This document shows, in pieces, positions 63,986 through 64,000 of a stretch of DNA of 64,000 bases. This DNA is from Octopus bimaculoides. Its lineage: Eukaryota. The notes under the pieces are model-generated. The model worked only from the letters and a program-made list of their open reading frames with translations, was not told where the DNA came from and made no database searches. Numbering within the stretch: the first letter of the stretch is position 1; every line of letters starts with the position of its first letter. Where the stretch lies: NCBI RefSeq assembly GCF_001194135.2, contig NC_068994.1, positions 29,020,773 to 29,084,772 of the forward strand, read 5' to 3'. Both the position numbers and the translations under genes were made by a program.

Positions 63986-64000
63986 AAGATTATTGAAAAC

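Overview
This is a repeat-dominated eukaryotic (metazoan) window with several assembly gaps. The SINE/RTE-tail families, microsatellite load and His/Gln-rich C2H2 gene suggest a coleoid cephalopod, probably Octopus (inference from recall, not a database search). Only one protein-coding ORF is well supported: a 339-aa, six-finger C2H2 zinc-finger gene with a ~15-His tract (43720-44739, minus). A CpG-rich promoter at ~4.6-4.9 kb has TATA, Inr-like, CCAAT, E-box/M-box, E2F and Myb motifs. It probably drives a minus-strand gene leaving the window to the left, and may be bidirectional. The rest is degenerate transposon relics: RTE, Dong/R4, Tx1, CR1/L2-like, Hero-like and Penelope retroelements, two mariner-superfamily elements, a Helitron, MITEs and many tRNA-derived SINEs. 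The most notable observations are (i) two minimal type-I hammerhead ribozyme motifs in Penelope-type terminal repeats, (ii) a ~1.2 kb foldback element with head-to-head telomeric TTAGGG/CCCTAA repeats at its centre, (iii) a C4HC3 PHD-like finger embedded in the RTE ORF2 downstream of the RT core, and (iv) a sharp CpG-decay boundary at the promoter. Ends of degenerate repeats are approximate; all analysis was by eye.
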